From Lama glama (lineage: Eukaryota): a stretch of DNA of 64,000 nucleotides. The DNA lies in contig CM052816.1 of the NCBI GenBank assembly GCA_028534125.1, positions 58,654,001-58,718,000 of the forward strand, read 5' to 3'. Below, piece by piece: positions 50,134-62,604 of this stretch. Position 1 is the stretch's first letter. Every line of letters starts with the position of its first letter. The notes below the pieces were generated by a model. That model made no database searches. It had not been told where the DNA came from and saw only the letters and a program-made list of their open reading frames with translations. Made by a program: the position numbers and the translations under genes.

Positions 50134-52199
50134 GTAAATATGAATTATAATGGCAGTAACTGGGTGTAATTTCAGTTGTTTTTGTTTATAACTATAGTTG
50201 AATAAGCACAGCTAACATGGAGAATATAACTGAAATTTCACAGAGTTGTGATTTATGTAAAAATTTAGCAACTGTGGGAAAAAGGGGGTCACTGGGGTGT
50301 TAACCTGTGCAGGTAAGACCATAAAATGACAGGACAATCTCTTTTTAGTACTCTTCTATTTCATTTAAACAAGATCATGTTTAGTGGAAAAAAATTGTAA
50401 GAGCACTAGATGATTAAAGTGAAGCTGCCAAAAGGAAATTAATATGGAAAATGGCAGTGAAACTCAACATTAAATGTATCTAGTTAAACTTTACTGAAAT
50501 GTGATTCTGGGTAAGACACTGAGTGGTAGAGGAGAAATCTTAAGTTCGACAAATTAATAAAGTATTCTTATAAAAAGTGAAACAAGTTAAGGTTTTGGTT
50601 CACAAACCTATCAAAAATTCATGGCCATTTTTGAGTCATTGTGGTATTAAACAAAATGTATAAAAATGGCGTAAGAGAATAAAATTACAATTGGAATAGG
50701 TAGACTGTCCAATATAAAGGTGTTATTTTTAAAGATCTAGTTTCTCTAAATGCTCAATCTCAATTTTCAATTATCAGTATTATTCAGAATTCAAATTGCT
50801 TCAATTTAAAATTCCAATTTGAAACCATTTCTCAGTCAAAGATTACAGTGAAGTTTATTAAGTGTAAATGTTTTCATATTAAAATTCTGACATGACCTCA
50901 TTTCTAAATCTTTTTCAAAATCCATAATCCTAATTCCAATATCTCTCATTTTCAGATGAGTTCAGGACCAGTAAGAATCTTACAGTATCAAAATTGAAAC
51001 TTAACAGTAGATACCTATTTTGTTTGAAGTATTTCCTTTCAACAGTGCATATTAGTATTAGTATATGGGTCAAGTGCTGGGAATTTTAGCTTCATTAAAC
51101 TTTACCCATCTCATGGTAAATTGCTTATAGGGATAATAAAAAATAGAAGTAGTAAACAAGAACTGTGAAAGTGGGTAAAAGCAGATTCTATGTATTCAGA
51201 GTCAGCTGCAAGTCAGGGCAAAAGGGGGGAAATAATTTTCCTGAACTCTCATCCTTAAAGAGGAATTCCACATTGTCCTGAAATTAACTTCTAAAAGAGT
51301 TTTCTGACATGAGACGGGCCACTGAGCAAATATAATAGCTAAGTCCTCAACAGTCATTTGTAAGAAATACAAAATCACCATTTACATGGCTGTTTTCTAT
51401 AATAATTCCTTAATGTTGAACTTGAGGTAAGTGATTTGCCAGGGGAATCAGCAAACTTAGTCCAATGTATTTAGCGTTTTAGGACTCAGTGGACAACATG
51501 ACGGGTATCTAGTTCTACCATGAACAGATGTGTAGGTGATCTTCCTCAGACACCTCTTCTCTCAGTGGGGCCCTTAATAGGAGCTGGATTGCAAAATTTT
51601 TAAAGGTATACTCTTTGAGGGCAGCCCTGGTGTTCTGTGTTGTTAACTGAAGTCAAATCCTTTTAGAAATCTGATCTTAATTGTTTTGATGGAAGGTAGG
51701 GAGAAGAGCCAGGAGACAGAAGAAAAGAAGAGGTAGATTCATATTCATTTCAGCACTTGTACTTATTTTATATTCCCGAATTCCTACTTTCTTAGCTATT
51801 TACAAAATTCAGGAACTTTTGCATGGAAAACATGATTTGAGAGGCATAGCTCCCAATCTTTGCCTTCCATTAAGGTACTGAGACTGGAAGCAAAATTGAA
51901 AATAATTGATTCATCTCTGAAGTCTTTACAAGTATATACAAGTTTAGTAGCTCTTTTCGTCTTCCCAAACAGAAACTCCATACCCTTTCTATACTAACTG
52001 CCTGCTCCCTCCTCCAGCCCATGCTTTATTATTATTTAATGGCACAGCAACCCAACAATAGAGCATAGGTACTATTATTCTCATTCTGGAGGGGAAGAAA
52101 TGAAGCTCAGAGAACTTGTCCAACGTCAGACAGGAAGTGGCTAAATGGGGATTCAAGTCCAGGTCTTGCTGTCTCTAAGGCAGAGCCTGCATGGTTCAG

Positions 52200-52500
52200 A
52201 GGCTACCTGTCTGCAGACTTGTTTTTTGGGGAGTGAAGTGGTTTCTCAAATAATGTGGGTAAGTGGCTGACATTTAAATTGGGAGATTTCACATACAAAT
52301 CTGGATTGCTGGCTCCTCTGGAAGACTGAGATGATCTGGTAGCACGGGCTGCATTCTCTCCCACGGGGCAGCCACTGTGGGGAGCTGAGCAGCGGCTGTG
52401 CGATGAGACAGTGGCAGGACGGGCGTTGCTGTTTCTCACTGCGGCCCTCTCACCTGTGTCTGCCGTCCTGGCTCTAAAGTCTGCTCTTCCCACTGCACTG
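52200..52500. mobile_element. MER102-like hAT fragment
   Basis: aaattgggagatttcacatacaaatctggatt...gatctggtagcac...ggagctgagcagcggctg. Confidence 0.55.
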
Positions 52501-52658
52501 TGCTGCCTGACTCAGTCGTGCTAGAGGTCTCCTGAAGAGGACAAGGTCCTGACTGATTTAGGAATGAATCAGCCTTGGTTCACACTTACCTGTTTTCCTG
52601 GAAGTACATCAGTGAGTGTCTTGTTATGTCTCAGCTGGATTTTCATGTTCCACTTTAG

Positions 52659-52786
52659 GGTTACCATCACAAAGTAAGAAGACCTTAGGGCAGAAACTGC
52701 TGAGTATGCTCCCTTCAGAAAACAGTCCTAAGAGCACTGATGATCAGGATGATCCTCAGGAAGTCTTTCAGATGCTAACAGATTTG
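52659..52786 (+). CDS. CCDC125: CCDC125 coding exon (LPSQSKKTLGQKLL...FQMLTDL)
   Basis: ctttag| acceptor, TTG|GTTAGT donor; 128 nt, phase 1 to 0. Confidence 0.92.
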
Positions 52787-53629
52787 GTTAGTACCTTTAC
52801 TTTTTGTTAGAGGTTGTAGAGAAGGTAATCCTTTTGCTTCCTATTAAATTCAACTCTTTACCACAGTCAAGTATGTGACTTTTATGCTCTTTTCCCAGTT
52901 TAGGCACCATTTTCGAGAATTATGGTCTCAATCTATTTAAACACCCCACACACACTACCCATGTCTCCCATCCATTGCATTCCTTGTGCAAGTTTAAACC
53001 TCCACCTCTGAAAAGAGGAGGCTTCCTGTAATTAAGTCCAGGCATCTCTGTCATCTGCATTAATGTATACAGTTCGTGACAAGACTTTGTTTATTCAGGA
53101 ATTTTTAAAGTGTTCAAGGAACTTCCTCATGCATGTCCTTTAATCATTACAACCTTGAAATCAGCCCTCTTATCCTCAATTTCACAGATGACTAAACTAA
53201 GAAACCCAGGTTATATGAACATACTTATCTATAGAAGAGTATTAAAGTTATTTATTTGCATATAAATATATAAAAACAACTTTATATATAAATAACTTCA
53301 ACATTCTTTCACAGAGATAAGTACATGTTGATATTATATATACATACATACACACACACACACCATGTAAATATATACTTTTTTCTCCTTTCTCTTCAGT
53401 TGACTTAAACAATTTTCAACAGAAAATGCTGTTTTCTATTCTTTCTAAAAAAAAAATATCCTCAGTAACTTGTAGCATGATGCTAAGGAATCAGTGGACA
53501 CTTAATTCATTTATTCACTCTGATTGACTTGACAGAATGAAGATTGAATACTTTCATAAAATACTTCTGACTACAGCTCTGTATTCTGTGATTTACTAAT
53601 TGGTCCATTTTAAATTTCTGTGCATGCAG

Positions 53630-53938
53630 CTGAATGATAAAGAAGAAGCTTTGGCTCATCAAAGAAAAGTTAGTTACATGCTTGCTCGGGCTTTGGAAGA
53701 CAAAGATAACACGTCAAAAGAGAATAAAGAAAAAAGTCCTATGAAAGACAATTCTCCATTAAGAAATCGCTGGCAGAAAACTTCAGAATTCCCCATTTTG
53801 TGTGACTGTGTCCATTCAAGCGTTCAGATTTTTAATTCTGTGAACTGCATTTGTTCAGTTCAGCACTTTCATACAGATCAAAACTACACAAGAACTCTTA
53901 AAAGATCCCATTCTTTGCCATCAAATATCAGGTACTGA
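53630..53938 (+). CDS. CCDC125: CCDC125 last coding exon (LNDKEEALAHQRKVSYMLARALE...RSHSLPSNIRY*)
   Basis: atgcag| acceptor; TGA at 53936-38; joined CDS 1539 nt = 512 aa; AATAAA candidates at 54064, 54362 and 54651. Confidence 0.93.
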   Translation: MNDKEEALAHQRKVSYMLARALEDKDNTSKENKEKSPMKDNSPLRNRWQKTSEFPILCDCVHSSVQIFNSVNCICSVQHFHTDQNYTRTLKRSHSLPSNIRY

Positions 53939-55800
53939 AGACAAACCAGTTGAAATTAGAACTGAGAGCTGTTTATATCGAGACTGAAGAAGGACTGTAA
54001 ATGCTACTACATCTTCAGAAGTTGTATGTTTCCAGGAATTTCTAAATTTTAGGAGGCAGCTTAAATAAATATTTTCTATAAGAAATTATTAATATATTGT
54101 TGACATATTTTATTTATAAATTCTATTACTATATTTTGTGAAGTTTTCAATAATTGCCAATATCTTAAAAGCAAAAAACTGATTTTTGAGAAAAAAATTT
54201 AATTATTTAGATTGACTATAGGCATCTTTGGCTCAAGCAACAATAGGAATGACTGAATGTTCATTTTTGAAATACATTTATCTTATTTTTGTTTTTCAGG
54301 ATTTTTTATTTGCCATATCAAGTTATTTAAAAATTAAAAATAATTTCCTTAAGTTAACTTCAATAAAAAGGTTTTAATGGTGGGATTTTAGCAGAAGTGT
54401 ATTCAAAGTCATTGCTAGTTACCTTTATAGCTTCTTTTTTGTCAGAGCGGTGACATTTTGTAGCCAGATGTACACAGAATTCTGGCACTTAGGCCACTGA
54501 GTTAACTTCTTGGTTTTGATGCTGAGTTTTAGACCATTTAAAGTTATTTTCTCTTTCTATAAATATTACATAGTAATAATCTTTAATACCTTTTGGGAAT
54601 ATTGCTATATTAACAGCATCACAGTGATGCATTACATCGTTAGCAGTTATAATAAAACTTTTATCTAATTATGATCTCTAGTGAAAAGAAAAGGTATTAC
54701 TACTTAGATGAGAAAACAATAGGGTGATAACATATAAACCACTTATAGTTTTGTTAAAGGAACACCATTGATTGACATTAATAATAAAGGCTGAAAATTT
54801 GGCAAATAAATTTTTAAGAAAGGAGGAATGATGAGGATCTACTGTTACCAGATATTAAAATGTATTGTCCTGATAGTAATATAAAGCTACATTATTTAAA
54901 GCAGTGTGGTAACAGCAGGTCAATGGAATAGGATAAAGACCATACACAGATGTAGTATATATAATAATTTAGTATGAAACAAGAGGTAGGAAAAGGAAGG
55001 ATTAGGGATATCTAATAATACCAAAGTGGGAAGTGTAAAAGAAAATCAAATTACAAAAGTTGAAAAGGTTCTTTTAGTGTGTGTGTGTGTAAAAAAAAAA
55101 AAACTCAAATTAATAAAATCTATAATATTCCAATTGACAGATACACAAAGAATCTAAATCACTATCCTAAAGGAAATAAAAGCAAAAAGAAACAAATGGG
55201 ACCTAATGAAACTTAAAAGGTTTTGCACAGCAAAGGAAACCATCAATGAAAGAACCTACTGAATGGGAGGAACTATTTGCAAATGATACGACCAAAAAGG
55301 GGTTAATATCCAACATACATTAACAGCTCATACAACTCAAAAAAATAAACAACCTAACTGAAAAATGGGCAGAAGAACTGAATATACATTGTTTCCCCAA
55401 GAGGAAATGCAGATTACCAACAGGCACATGAAAAGATGCATCACTAATCATCAGGGAAATGCAAATCAAAACCACAGTAAGATATCACCTCACACCTGTC
55501 AAAACAGCCATTGTCAAAAAGAGCACAACAAATGTTGGTGAGGATATGGAGAAAATGGAACCCTCATACACTGCTGATGGGAATGTAAATTGGTGCAGCC
55601 ACTGTGGAAAACAGTATGGAGGTGTCTCAAAATAAAAAACTGAACTACCTTATGATTCAGCAGTTCCATTCCTGGTTGTATATCTGAACAAAATAAAAGT
55701 ACTAATTCAAAAAGATAACATGCACCCCAATGTTCACAACAGCATTATTTACAATTGCCAAGATATGGAAGCAACCTAAGTGTCCATCAACAGATGACTG

Positions 55801-56709
55801 AACAAATGGGACCTAATGAAACTTACAAGCTTCTGCAGAGCAAAGGAAACCAGAAATAAAACAAGAAGAAAACCTACGGAATGGGAGAAAATTTTTGCAA
55901 GTGAAACCGACAAAGGCTTGATCTCCAAAATATATAAGCAGCTCATACGACTCAATAAGGAAAAAATAAACAACCCAATCCAAAAATGGGCAGAAGANNN
56001 NNNNNNNNNNNNNNNNNNNNNNNNNNNNNNNNNNNNNNNNNNNNNNNNNNNNNNNNNNNNNNNNNNNNNNNNNNNNNNNNNNNNNNNNNNNNNNNNNNNN
56101 NNNNNNNNNNNNNNNNNNNNNNNNNNNNNNNNNNNNNNNNNNNNNNNNNNNNNNNNNNNNNNNNNNNNNNNNNNNNNNNNNNNNNNNNNNNNNNNNNNNN
56201 NNNNNNNNNNNNNNNNNNNNNNNNNNNNNNNNNNNNNNNNNNNNNNNNNNNNNNNNNNNNNNNNNNNNNNNNNNNNNNNNNNNNNNNNNNNNNNNNNNNN
56301 NNNNNNNNNNNNNNNNNNNNNNNNNNNNNNNNNNNNNNNNNNNNNNNNNNNNNNNNNNNNNNNNNNNNNNNNNNNNNNNNNNNNNNNNNNNNNNNNNNNN
56401 NNNNNNNNNNNNNNNNNNNNNNNNNNNNNNNNNNNNNNNNNNNNNNNNNNNNNNNNNNNNNNNNNNNNNNNNNNNNNNNNNNNNNNNNNNNNNNNNNGGG
56501 GTTTCAAAATTGTAGAATAGATAAACAAGATTACACTGTATAGGACAGGGAAATATACACAAAATGTTATGATAAATCACAGAGAAAAAAATGGGACAAT
56601 GAGTGTGTATATGTCCATGAATGACTGAAAAATTGTGCTGAACACTGGAATTTGACACAACACTGTAAAATGATTATGAATCAATAAAAAATGTTAAAAA
56701 AAAAAACAA
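55801..56709 (+). mobile_element. Younger 5'-truncated L1 nested in the older L1
   Basis: Open ORF2 frame [11 protein letters not shown]...PIQKWAE, distinct 3'UTR, A-tail; 12-bp TSD AACAGATGACTG at 55789-800 and 56710-21. Confidence 0.85.
55998..56497. other. Assembly gap (500 N)
   Basis: Run of exactly 500 n. Confidence 0.99.
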
Positions 56710-57561
56710 AACAGATGACTGGATAAAGAAAATGTAGTATGTGTATACAATGGAATACTACTCAGCCATAAAAAAGAATGAAATGTTGCCATCTGCAACA
56801 ACACAGGTAGACTTGGAGGGCATTATGCTAAGTGAAATAAGTCAGATAAAGACAAAACAGTGTACATTATCACTTATATATGGAATCTAAAAAACACAAC
56901 AAAATAGTGAATATAACCAAAAAAAAAGAAGCCAACTCTTAGAGAACAAAATAGTGGTTACCAGTGGGGAGAATGGGGAAGGAAGCAATATAAAGGCTGG
57001 GAGGTGAGAGGTACAAATACTGGGAGTAAGACAGGCTATAAGAATGTATTGTACCACAGGGAATATAGCTAATATTTTGTAGTAACTGTAAATGGAGCAT
57101 AATCTTTAAAAACTGTATAAAAATTAAAATAATTACACATAAGTAAATAATACAAAATAAAGAAAGGAAGGACTCATCATTGAGAGATGCAGGCTGACTT
57201 CACTATTGTCACCTGCTGCTCTTCCAGGAATAAAAGTATCTTTTAACAATTTAACTCTGGTCTACTTCCTTAGTCCCACCTTTCAACTCAAAATATGAAG
57301 GCAACCAAACCACCCTGAGCAAACTTTTAAAGAAACAGTCCAGAGGGGTCCATAGAGAGAAATGAACTAGATGAGATCCAGATATCCTCATCATGAGTCC
57401 ATGGCCTCACCAGAGCAGCTCAGGTCCTGAAGCTTTGACATTAATCACCTTTATCTCAATTTTAACAATGTTAATCACCAATGAAGAAATATTTTTAGAT
57501 AGCCAATATTTTGTAATAAGTGTAAATGGAAAGTACCCTTTAAAAATTGTATAAAAAATTT

Positions 57562-57654
57562 AGGGTTTGGGGTGCAAGTATAGCTCAGTTGTAGAGGGCA
57601 TGTTTAGCATGCACGAGGTCCTGCGTTCAATCCACAGTACCTCCAATCAGAAAA
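57562..57654 (+). mobile_element. tRNA-Ala-derived SINE inserted in a short L1 3' tail
   Basis: TATAGCTCAGTTGTAGAG...GTTCAATCC; flanking aaaaattgtat repeats. Confidence 0.83.
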
Positions 57655-57894
57655 AAAAATTGTATTAAACATTTTTTTAATTAAAAAAACTGAATTAACA
57701 CTTCACAAAGGAAGGATTATGCATGATTAGCAAACATGAAGAAACCACATGAGACATGAAAGTAAGTTAGAATGAGATACCAAATTTACAACGACCCCCC
57801 AGAGATTATGTGACTGCTAGAGATGACGAAGTGAAATGAATTCTGACAGGTTAATGAATGTATAGATTTGAGATCCTGAATTGAATTTTTGGGG

Positions 57895-58585
57895 GAATTT
57901 ACTCATAAGTGAAACTGCTGAATCATATGGTAATTCCATTTTACATTTTTTGAGGAAACACCACAGTTTCCCACTGCTGCTGCACTGTTTGACATTCCCA
58001 CCAAGGGTCCCAATTTCTCCACATGCTCATTAAGACTTATTTTTCTGGGTTTTTTTTTTTTTTTTTTGATGGCAGCCATCCTAGTAAGTATGAAGTATTA
58101 TTTCATTGTGGTTTTGATTTGCATTTCCCTAATGATCAGTGATGCTGGGCATCTTTTCATGTGATTTTTGGCCATTTCTATATTATCTTTGGTGACATGT
58201 CTATTCAAGTATTTTTCCCATTTTTTTAATTGGATTTTTAAAATTGCTGAGCTGTAACAATATATATTCTTTACATATTCTGGATATTAACCCCTTATCC
58301 GATATATGATTTGAAAATATTTTCTCTCATTCAATAGGTTGCATTTTCACTCTGTTGATTATGTTCTTTTGATGCATACAAGCTTTTGATTTTGATATAG
58401 TCCCAACTATTTTTCACTTTTGTTGCCTGTGCTTTTGGGGTCATATCCAGGAAGTCCTTGCCAAATCAGATGTCATGAAGCTTTCCCCCTATGTTATTCT
58501 CTAAGGATTTTTATAGTTTTAGGTCTTATGTTTAGGTCTTTGATCCATTTTGAATTAATTTTTGCATATGGTGTAAGGTAAGAGG
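57895..58585 (-). mobile_element. L1 ORF2 fragment (L1MA/MB-type)
   Basis: cattgtggttttgatttgcatttccctaatga...ccccttatccgatatatgatttg...tttgcatatggtgtaaggta. Confidence 0.82.
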
Positions 58586-58796
58586 CTTCTTTATTTTTAA
58601 GAACTATGGAACAGCTACTGGGAGTGTAAATTGATACAACTACTTGAAATAGACTATCGGCACTAACTGGAAATATATACTTTATGACCTCACAATTACA
58701 ATTCTAATTATGTACATTAGAGAAACTCTTGCATGTGCATATTAACATTCCGTTTTTTTAATAACTGTGAAAAATGTTAAATAACCTAAATGTCCA

Positions 58797-59338
58797 TGTG
58801 GCTGAATTCTAAAGATGGCCCTCTCAAGATTTCTGTCCTGATTATTCCAAGCACTAACCTAGGAACTTCTATGAAGGGATTTTTGAGATGTATAATTAAG
58901 CCCTGAGTGAGCTGACAGTATATCTGGTGAGTTTGTTAAAAAAAGAAAAAAGATGAAGCAGAATTTTCTCTCTTGGTAGCAGATGAGGAATCCAGACAGA
59001 TTTGACACTTGCTGGCTGACAGATGGAGAGTGCCATGCAACAAGGCAAGTGGACTGCCTTAAGAAGCTGAGAGAGGCCCCTGGCTGACAACTAGCCAGGA
59101 CAGGATGCATGTGCATTAAAATGGCATGAACTGTATGATCTTGGAAGCAGATTCTTCCCTAGAGCCTCAGAGAGGTGCTCAGAGTCCAAATGACACCTCA
59201 ATACTGGTCCATGCAAAAAAAAATATAGTTGAGCTCTGACATGTATCTGACCTACAGGACTGGGAGCTAATCAATTTGTATTACTTTAAGCTGCTACATC
59301 TATGATAATTTTTATGCAGCAAAAGAAAAATAACTCAG
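58797..59338 (+). mobile_element. MLT1 (ERVL-MaLR) solo LTR
   Basis: gaattctaaagatggccc start; cttggaagcagattcttccctagagcctc; ttttaagctgcta...tatgcagcaaaagaaaa end. Confidence 0.8.
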
Positions 59339-60090
59339 TCTGTAAATGGAGCATGTGTAAGTAGTGTTGTATACGTAAGATATTATGCATTATTATATAT
59401 TATATGGCAGTTAAAACAAAAACTAGATATATATATTAACATAGAAGAAATTTTAAAGTTTTGAATAAAAAAAAACGCAGTATGAGATGTACAGTCTACA
59501 CTCAAGATTTTGAGACACAAAACAGTGCTGTATATTGCTACATGCGTTCTTATAAAATAGCAGTATAATATCATGGAAGAACACACGCATTTCCTGAGAG
59601 TCATTCTCCTTTGGGGAGGATGAAAAGAAAAACAAAATGGAATGACATATTAAGGAGACCTCAATTTTATCTGTAATGTTATTTTTTTCTTTTTTTTCCT
59701 ATTTAGTACATGAACATTTGTTAAGTCAGGGTAGTAGATATTTGCTGTATTACTACTATTTTTCTATTTTTCCATACTACCCTTTTTACTACAAATTTCT
59801 AATGCTATATGAGTTAGATTATTAAAATAACTGATAATTATTTTCATTAAAAATTCTACATTTCAGAGAATTGAACTCTTCTTACTACTGCACTCTAATC
59901 AGAAAAATCAGAATTAAGTTTGTTTTAAAATTCATTTAATAAAAATAACCCAGTTTTACATATTTTACATGTGTAGAATATTTACAAGTTTCTTTTAAAC
60001 CATTTACTTAATGTTTACTATTTTCCACTAATTTGCCTGAAATTTCACTATTTCCTTCAGTAGTAGAATATTGTCCAGTGTTCTCTGTAA

Positions 60091-60119
60091 CTAAAAAATT
60101 AGCTTCTTGGGTAATCCTC
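60091..60119 (-). CDS. CDK7: CDK7 last coding exon (GGLPKKLIF*)
   Basis: ccccccag| acceptor; TAG at 60093-60091; minus-strand ATTAAA at 59935-40. Confidence 0.92.
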
Positions 60120-60534
60120 CTGGGGGGGGAAAAATGAGGTTGTTTACATGTAATCTTATAGCAATTTTAACCAGTAACTGCATTCCAACTACATTTATTT
60201 TTACTTGCTTTGATTTTCCAATAGTACCTGTTAAATCTTAAGCATACAGTGTACCAGTAGGAATTATGAAAAGAACAGGGTACATATGAATAGTTCTTGT
60301 AACTCTGAGGTATACGCAAAAGTGCCCATGTCCTTTTAAAAGGCATGATGTAAAATATTCTTAATGGAAGCACATATAGCTAAAATATCACATTCCACTT
60401 TATACAATTTAAATTTCAAACAAGTAAACAGCTCACAGTCTATATTTCTTAGCTGCCCTTCAGTTACTAGCTATATATTAGCTCTGTGGAGTTTTCTGAA
60501 TTTGTTTAATTTCTTATGAAAATGAGAGTTTTAC

Positions 60535-60682
60535 CTTGTTCCAAAGCCTCTGTTCTCTTCCGTTTTGTTGCCATGGCTGGATTAGACTGTTCCTTTAAAG
60601 CATCCACTGGACAGTTTGGTCTTGGCAGCTGACATCCAGGGGTTGGCCCTGGCCGATTACTGAAATACTTGGTTTTCAATGC
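60535..60682 (-). CDS. CDK7: CDK7 penultimate coding exon ([25 protein letters not shown]...[10 protein letters not shown])
   Basis: tttgcaag| acceptor, AAG|GTAAAA donor; 148 nt, phase 0 to 1. Confidence 0.94.
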
Positions 60683-62415
60683 CTTGCAAAAGAAAATACA
60701 CCAAAGAAAGTAAGGTTTTAAGTGAATATCTGAACTGTGCTCAAGAAAATCTAGCTTCCAAAATTGTCAGGAACATTAAAAACACTATGTGAACACCCCC
60801 TCCCCAAATAAAATGAGTATTTGGACATGCAAATTATTACAAATAAACATCTAGCAGCCTAAGATTGAATATTCCATTACTATAAGAAAAAGACACTACC
60901 TTCAAATTTTTCCACAACAGCCTATATTAAATATGAAATATCCTTAGTAAGGTATTGTATAATTCAGCTCTCTATACAAGATAGGCTCTATAGTTCAAAA
61001 CTTAGGTCCCAAATTCCAATCAGCAGTTTTCTTCTGAATGAAAGCTGTCAAGTTCATGCTTTATTTGTATCTATAGTACTGTTCAAGAGCCACAATAATT
61101 TAAGATATTTCCTCTTGGATAATTCTCTTATCCAAGAAGTCATATAAACTTTTTGAGCATACCTCCCCCAACTCTCCAACATAATATTATTTGCAGTAAT
61201 AATTTAGAGATTTATTACTTCAGGAATTGCATTTATAAAGTATTACTTCCAAATCATAGCACTTACATAAGTAAACTGAGCAAACTTTGAGCTACACAGA
61301 GATCTAAGAAAGGAAGAGTATCTCATTCCAACTGTAATTTTGAGTTTTACACTATTAATGACAACATCTTTCTAATGTGACCTGCTCTCAAGTTTCTTAT
61401 GATGGAGACTATGCATATATGCATGGGTAAAAAGGTAAAAATGAGTTACTTGTTTGAAATTGGAAGACTAATTCCAATGGTAAAATATGTAGTACATATG
61501 TGTTAATGTAGCTAAGAAGATAGGGCTTATAGAAGGTAAATGCATTAAACAATGATTTGGTAGTCTGTAATAACCTTAAGTGAAAAAGAATCCACTTTGT
61601 ATCCCTAACATGTTGTGCACTAACATGTTTTGTCAGATTTGAAGATCTGTAACATTTCAATCAGCCTCTCCCTTTATGAAGCCAAATCAACTGTGCTGTG
61701 TTGTATTTTTGCATTGTATTTCCCTGCCCCAATTTTAAACATCTGTGACTCGACCCATTTTTGTGTGCTTGATTTTAAAACAAAGAAAAAAAATTTTTTT
61801 CAAACCTGTAGGTCTTATATTTTTGCTTGGATAACATTTCTCTCTTCTTTCAAAAGAGCAGATATTCTTGGTCCTCCACATTTTTCTTGAGTTTGATTCT
61901 TATTTCCCTTAATAACTATCAGTTTCAGTTTTCTGTTTAGAATATCTTTCAATCTCTTGTAAGCATACAGTTGTATGAGACTATACCATTTCCTCCCCAT
62001 TAATCACTTTCTAACTGTGACAATGACCAGCATGCCTATCTGAACTGTATTTTATGGAGAAAAAAACAAAACAAAACAATTTTGGCACTAGTTTTGGCAC
62101 AAGATTTAAGTGAATACATAAGAGTTTAATTGAAATATACCACTGTCTTAACAAATACAAAAACCTTGTTATTTTTTCCTCTCTAGGTGAACTACTTGAA
62201 AGCAAATTAATTATGAAACAGAAATCTATATTCTTCTAAGCAAGCGTAAACTCTCCTGCACTTGTGTGTGGATCATATAATTTAATACCAGTCTGAACAG
62301 TGCTTGCAGCTTAGTGAAAAGATAAAATTTGTTATTCCTTAAAACAAAACAGAAACACATCTTTTCAGTATTTAAAGAATATTATAAAATCTTAAGAAAT
62401 TCGAAAGATATGCTA

Positions 62416-62592
<177 letters not shown>

Positions 62593-62604
62593 TCAAACTT
62601 AAGT

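Larger units (their letters stand above)
55165..57130 (+). mobile_element. L1 ORF2 C-terminus and 3'UTR (older host element), interrupted by a younger L1
   Basis: aaacaaatgggacctaat...gcaacctaagtgtccatcaacagatg | gataaagaaaatg...aatggaatactactcagccataaaaaag. Confidence 0.88.

Noticed and set aside
55776..56658. Four long ORFs of 185-281 aa
   Set aside because: Artefacts of reading through the 500-N gap in L1 sequence
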